A stretch of 64,000 nt of DNA. Origin: Neophaeotheca triangularis (taxonomy: Eukaryota). The stretch spans positions 434,001 to 498,000 of the forward strand of contig BAAIJX010000005.1 in assembly GCA_054600435.1 (NCBI GenBank), read 5' to 3'. Each line of letters begins with the position of its first letter. The first letter of the stretch is position 1. The translations under genes and the position numbers were made by a program. The notes beneath the pieces were generated by a model that worked only from the letters and a program-made list of their open reading frames with translations, did not search any database and had not been told where the DNA came from. Positions 61,542 through 64,000 of this stretch are shown piece by piece.

Positions 61542-62365
61542 CTACTTAACCAACTCCTTCGCCTTCTGTCCTGCCTCCTGGGCCTTCTCTTCCACCACGC
61601 TCGCACCCTGCTTCATCTTCGCCATAGCATCTGCACCAGCTGACTCAGCCTGCGCGCCTGCTGCTCCGAGACCCTCCTGTGCCCGCGCTTGGAGAGCCTT
61701 CTCCTTGCCGCCCATGCTGCAGACAAAAAGTTAGCAATACTTCTTCCACCACAGTTGTGTTGCATGCAGCGAGTCTCTACGATCAAGCGCCCGGCAGCGA
61801 AGAAGAGGGCATCTGGACGTACTAGTGGTGGTTGACGTATCGGTAGCCCTGGGTCATTTGCGCGGTAAAGTTGACGATGTGGCAGCCAAACAGGAGGTAG
61901 TTCTTGGGCGTAACAGCCATGGAGTAGCGCATGAAGACACTGCTGTAGCCGAGGAGAGCGGCGGTCATGGGTCCGGAGACGCTGTTTGTGGTGTCAGTAC
62001 TTCTTTTCTGTCACATTGGCTTCCCTCCTCAAAGCAACGAATCGGCACCGCAGCAGTACGATACTCGATCGAGCGCGGTCCGTGATATACGTACATGTCG
62101 GGGTCCTTCTGTGTGTCCATGACTGCTGCAATGGGGATACCGAAGTTGCTGGCGGGACCCAGGAAATCTGTTTGGCACCGGCTGTCAGCCTCATCCTTAC
62201 ATATACATTCTCTTCCACTCTCCATTGCTCCGATTATTGCTACCGCCTCCTCTTCCAATTGCTCTGCCGTATCTGCCGTTGAATAGACTCACGGGTCGAG
62301 AACAGGTAGTCGGTCACAGGGTTCGCCCTTATGCGCGCATTGAGCGCTTTGATTGCGGCGGCCAT
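61542..62365 (-). CDS. mpc1: Mitochondrial pyruvate carrier 1
   Basis: Exons 62365-62293, 62167-62095, 61981-61823 and 61716-61542 splice to ..[46 protein letters not shown]. Confidence 0.92.
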
Positions 62366-63012
62366 TGTCCTAGAGGTGTACTGTTGAATGAGCCGGATTT
62401 TAAGGATGGATAATTGGTCGCGCGACAGGTCCTGGCTGCTTCAGAGGTAAAAGAGGATGTTCAGCTTCTGTGAAGTTGAGCTTGCGGCAGCTGCGGAGGT
62501 GTTTCCCCTCATGAGGCCGAAGTCGTCGTTCTTGGCAGCCATTGAGAAAACAGCAGAAAGTTACATGATCGTCGCACAAGAAACACAGAACAGACGGGAC
62601 GTAGAGAATGCGCAAATTTGAGTCTAGTCACGCAGGGTAAACAATGTCTCATTGGTAGTAGTATGCGAGATGTGCACGGCGTAAACCCCCGTCACTACTC
62701 AATCTTATCAGCCTATGGGACATTTCCTCCGGCAACCTTGGAACAACCTGAAGAAAGGATCGCCAAGGCCAGTGTGTCTACCTCCCACGATATGCCATCT
62801 TCGCAAGTAGCCCTTCGCCATCCTGAACGCCGTCGCTAATGCTTTTCTCGAAATAGCCGTGTGGCGTTCATCACTCAAGATTAAGTCTTGTTCACTCGCT
62901 CAGCATCAGCCTTATGCCTTGCGCTTGCAGATTGAGAGCGCACTACCTGGGAAAGAAGTCGTATTTGTAGCTTGCGCAGCTAGCAAGATATTCTGTCTTT
63001 GGAGGAAACAGC

Positions 63013-63934
63013 TCATCTGCCGCCGTAGCCTGGAGGACCAAAGCCACGACCGCCAGGAGGTTGGAAACCTGGGCCCGGGGAGAAACCTAGTATATCAGTT
63101 AGATTGCAAGGCCTTCTCTATCTATCTTGTGTTCAAACATACCTGGAGGAGGTCCGCCCTGGAACTGAGGTGGTGGGCCACCGGGGAAGCCAGCTGGGAA
63201 TTCGTGTGAGTAACGGACTGTAGTAGTGGTGGTGATCTCAAAAGACATACGTGGTCCTCCACGACCGAAGCCTGGCGGTCCGCCACCGGGTGGGAAGCCC
63301 GGGGGACCGCCCATAGGAGGGAAGCCTGGGGCACCAACACCGGCAGCAGGGCCCTGCAAGCCTGGGCCCGCGCCTCTGCCTGCAGGCCTGCTGATGCCAG
63401 TTCCGGCGGGCATGGCGTTGGATCCACCACCCTGACCTCCAGCTGTCGCAAGTCTGGCGGATGGGTCTGGTGGGGGCGGCCCCTCGACGGAGCAGCTGAC
63501 GACATGGGCACCACGAACGATAGCGAGGCCCAAGGCGCGCTTCTCTTCTGTGACGGTGGTAGATTGAGGCTGGCCTGGTGCGACCTTGGCCTTGCGTCGG
63601 ACGGTGCGGAATTCGTCGCAATCGGCGAGAACGAGGTTCATGTGCTGTACAGTGTAAGTGAAGATTCCATCGTACCCTTTCAAGTATATCCCACCTTGTC
63701 GAAGGCCAGCATCTGCCCGACCAAGCGCCTGCCATCATTCAAGGTCGCCTTCATGCGGTAATCGATCTGTAGGTCGTATAAGTGGGAGGCTAGCGGTCGC
63801 AATAGTTAATTCCAGACTTACGAAGCCTTGCTATAAGCGAAAGCTGTCAGTATTGCCGTCAACGCGTGGTACTTGAAGACATATAGGCTGAAGCGGTGAC
63901 TTACCATCTTTCCCTGCTTGTTGGATGCGGCCAT
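63013..63934 (-). CDS. smb1: Small nuclear ribonucleoprotein SmB
   Basis: Exons 63934-63905, 63830-63822, 63766-63695, 63644-63251, 63193-63143 and 63086-63013. Sm motif GQMLAFDKHMNLVLADCDEFR and a Pro/Gly-rich tail. Confidence 0.94.
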
Positions 63935-64000
63935 TCTTGCGGTTGCGCGTGTGCCGTGACACAAGTGTAGGGTCGGTTAAGGGGGAAGTCAAATGTAGTG

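Overview
Gene-dense window from a filamentous ascomycete. Short GT-AG introns with CTRAY branch sites and the gene content point to Pezizomycotina; a Dothideomycete is my inference. About 30 protein genes can be reconstructed. The conserved ones are a Seb1/MsnA-type C2H2 factor, an NRPS-like A-T-R reductase, spp2, a GT8 glycosyltransferase, rpl36, txl1, ubx4, sfk1, an arrestin-like protein, dph6, ded1, cypB, sws2, ies1, an SDR, a nitronate monooxygenase, cct2, mpc1 and smB. Unusual elements are interleaved among them. (1) A divergent, apparently intronless Argonaute with an intact DEDD tetrad is split by one extra base in the PAZ domain at TGG-TTT-CAC, which is either a possible +1 frameshift site, a fresh lesion or an assembly error. 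(2) Two unannotated proline-rich microprotein genes share a repeated PRDP motif. (3) An otherwise intact Baeyer-Villiger monooxygenase has TAG exactly where homologues have Trp. (4) cypB has a potential alternative intron that swaps a soluble ER tail (RSEL) for a membrane anchor. (5) A 75-aa ORF ends 39 nt upstream of ubx4. (6) A tandem pair of uncharacterised paralogues shares identical intron positions. (7) An Ada-type Zn/HTH gene lies in TpA-rich, RIP-like sequence. No rRNA, tRNA, CRISPR array or intact transposon was recognised. All exon boundaries were read by hand and no searches were run.
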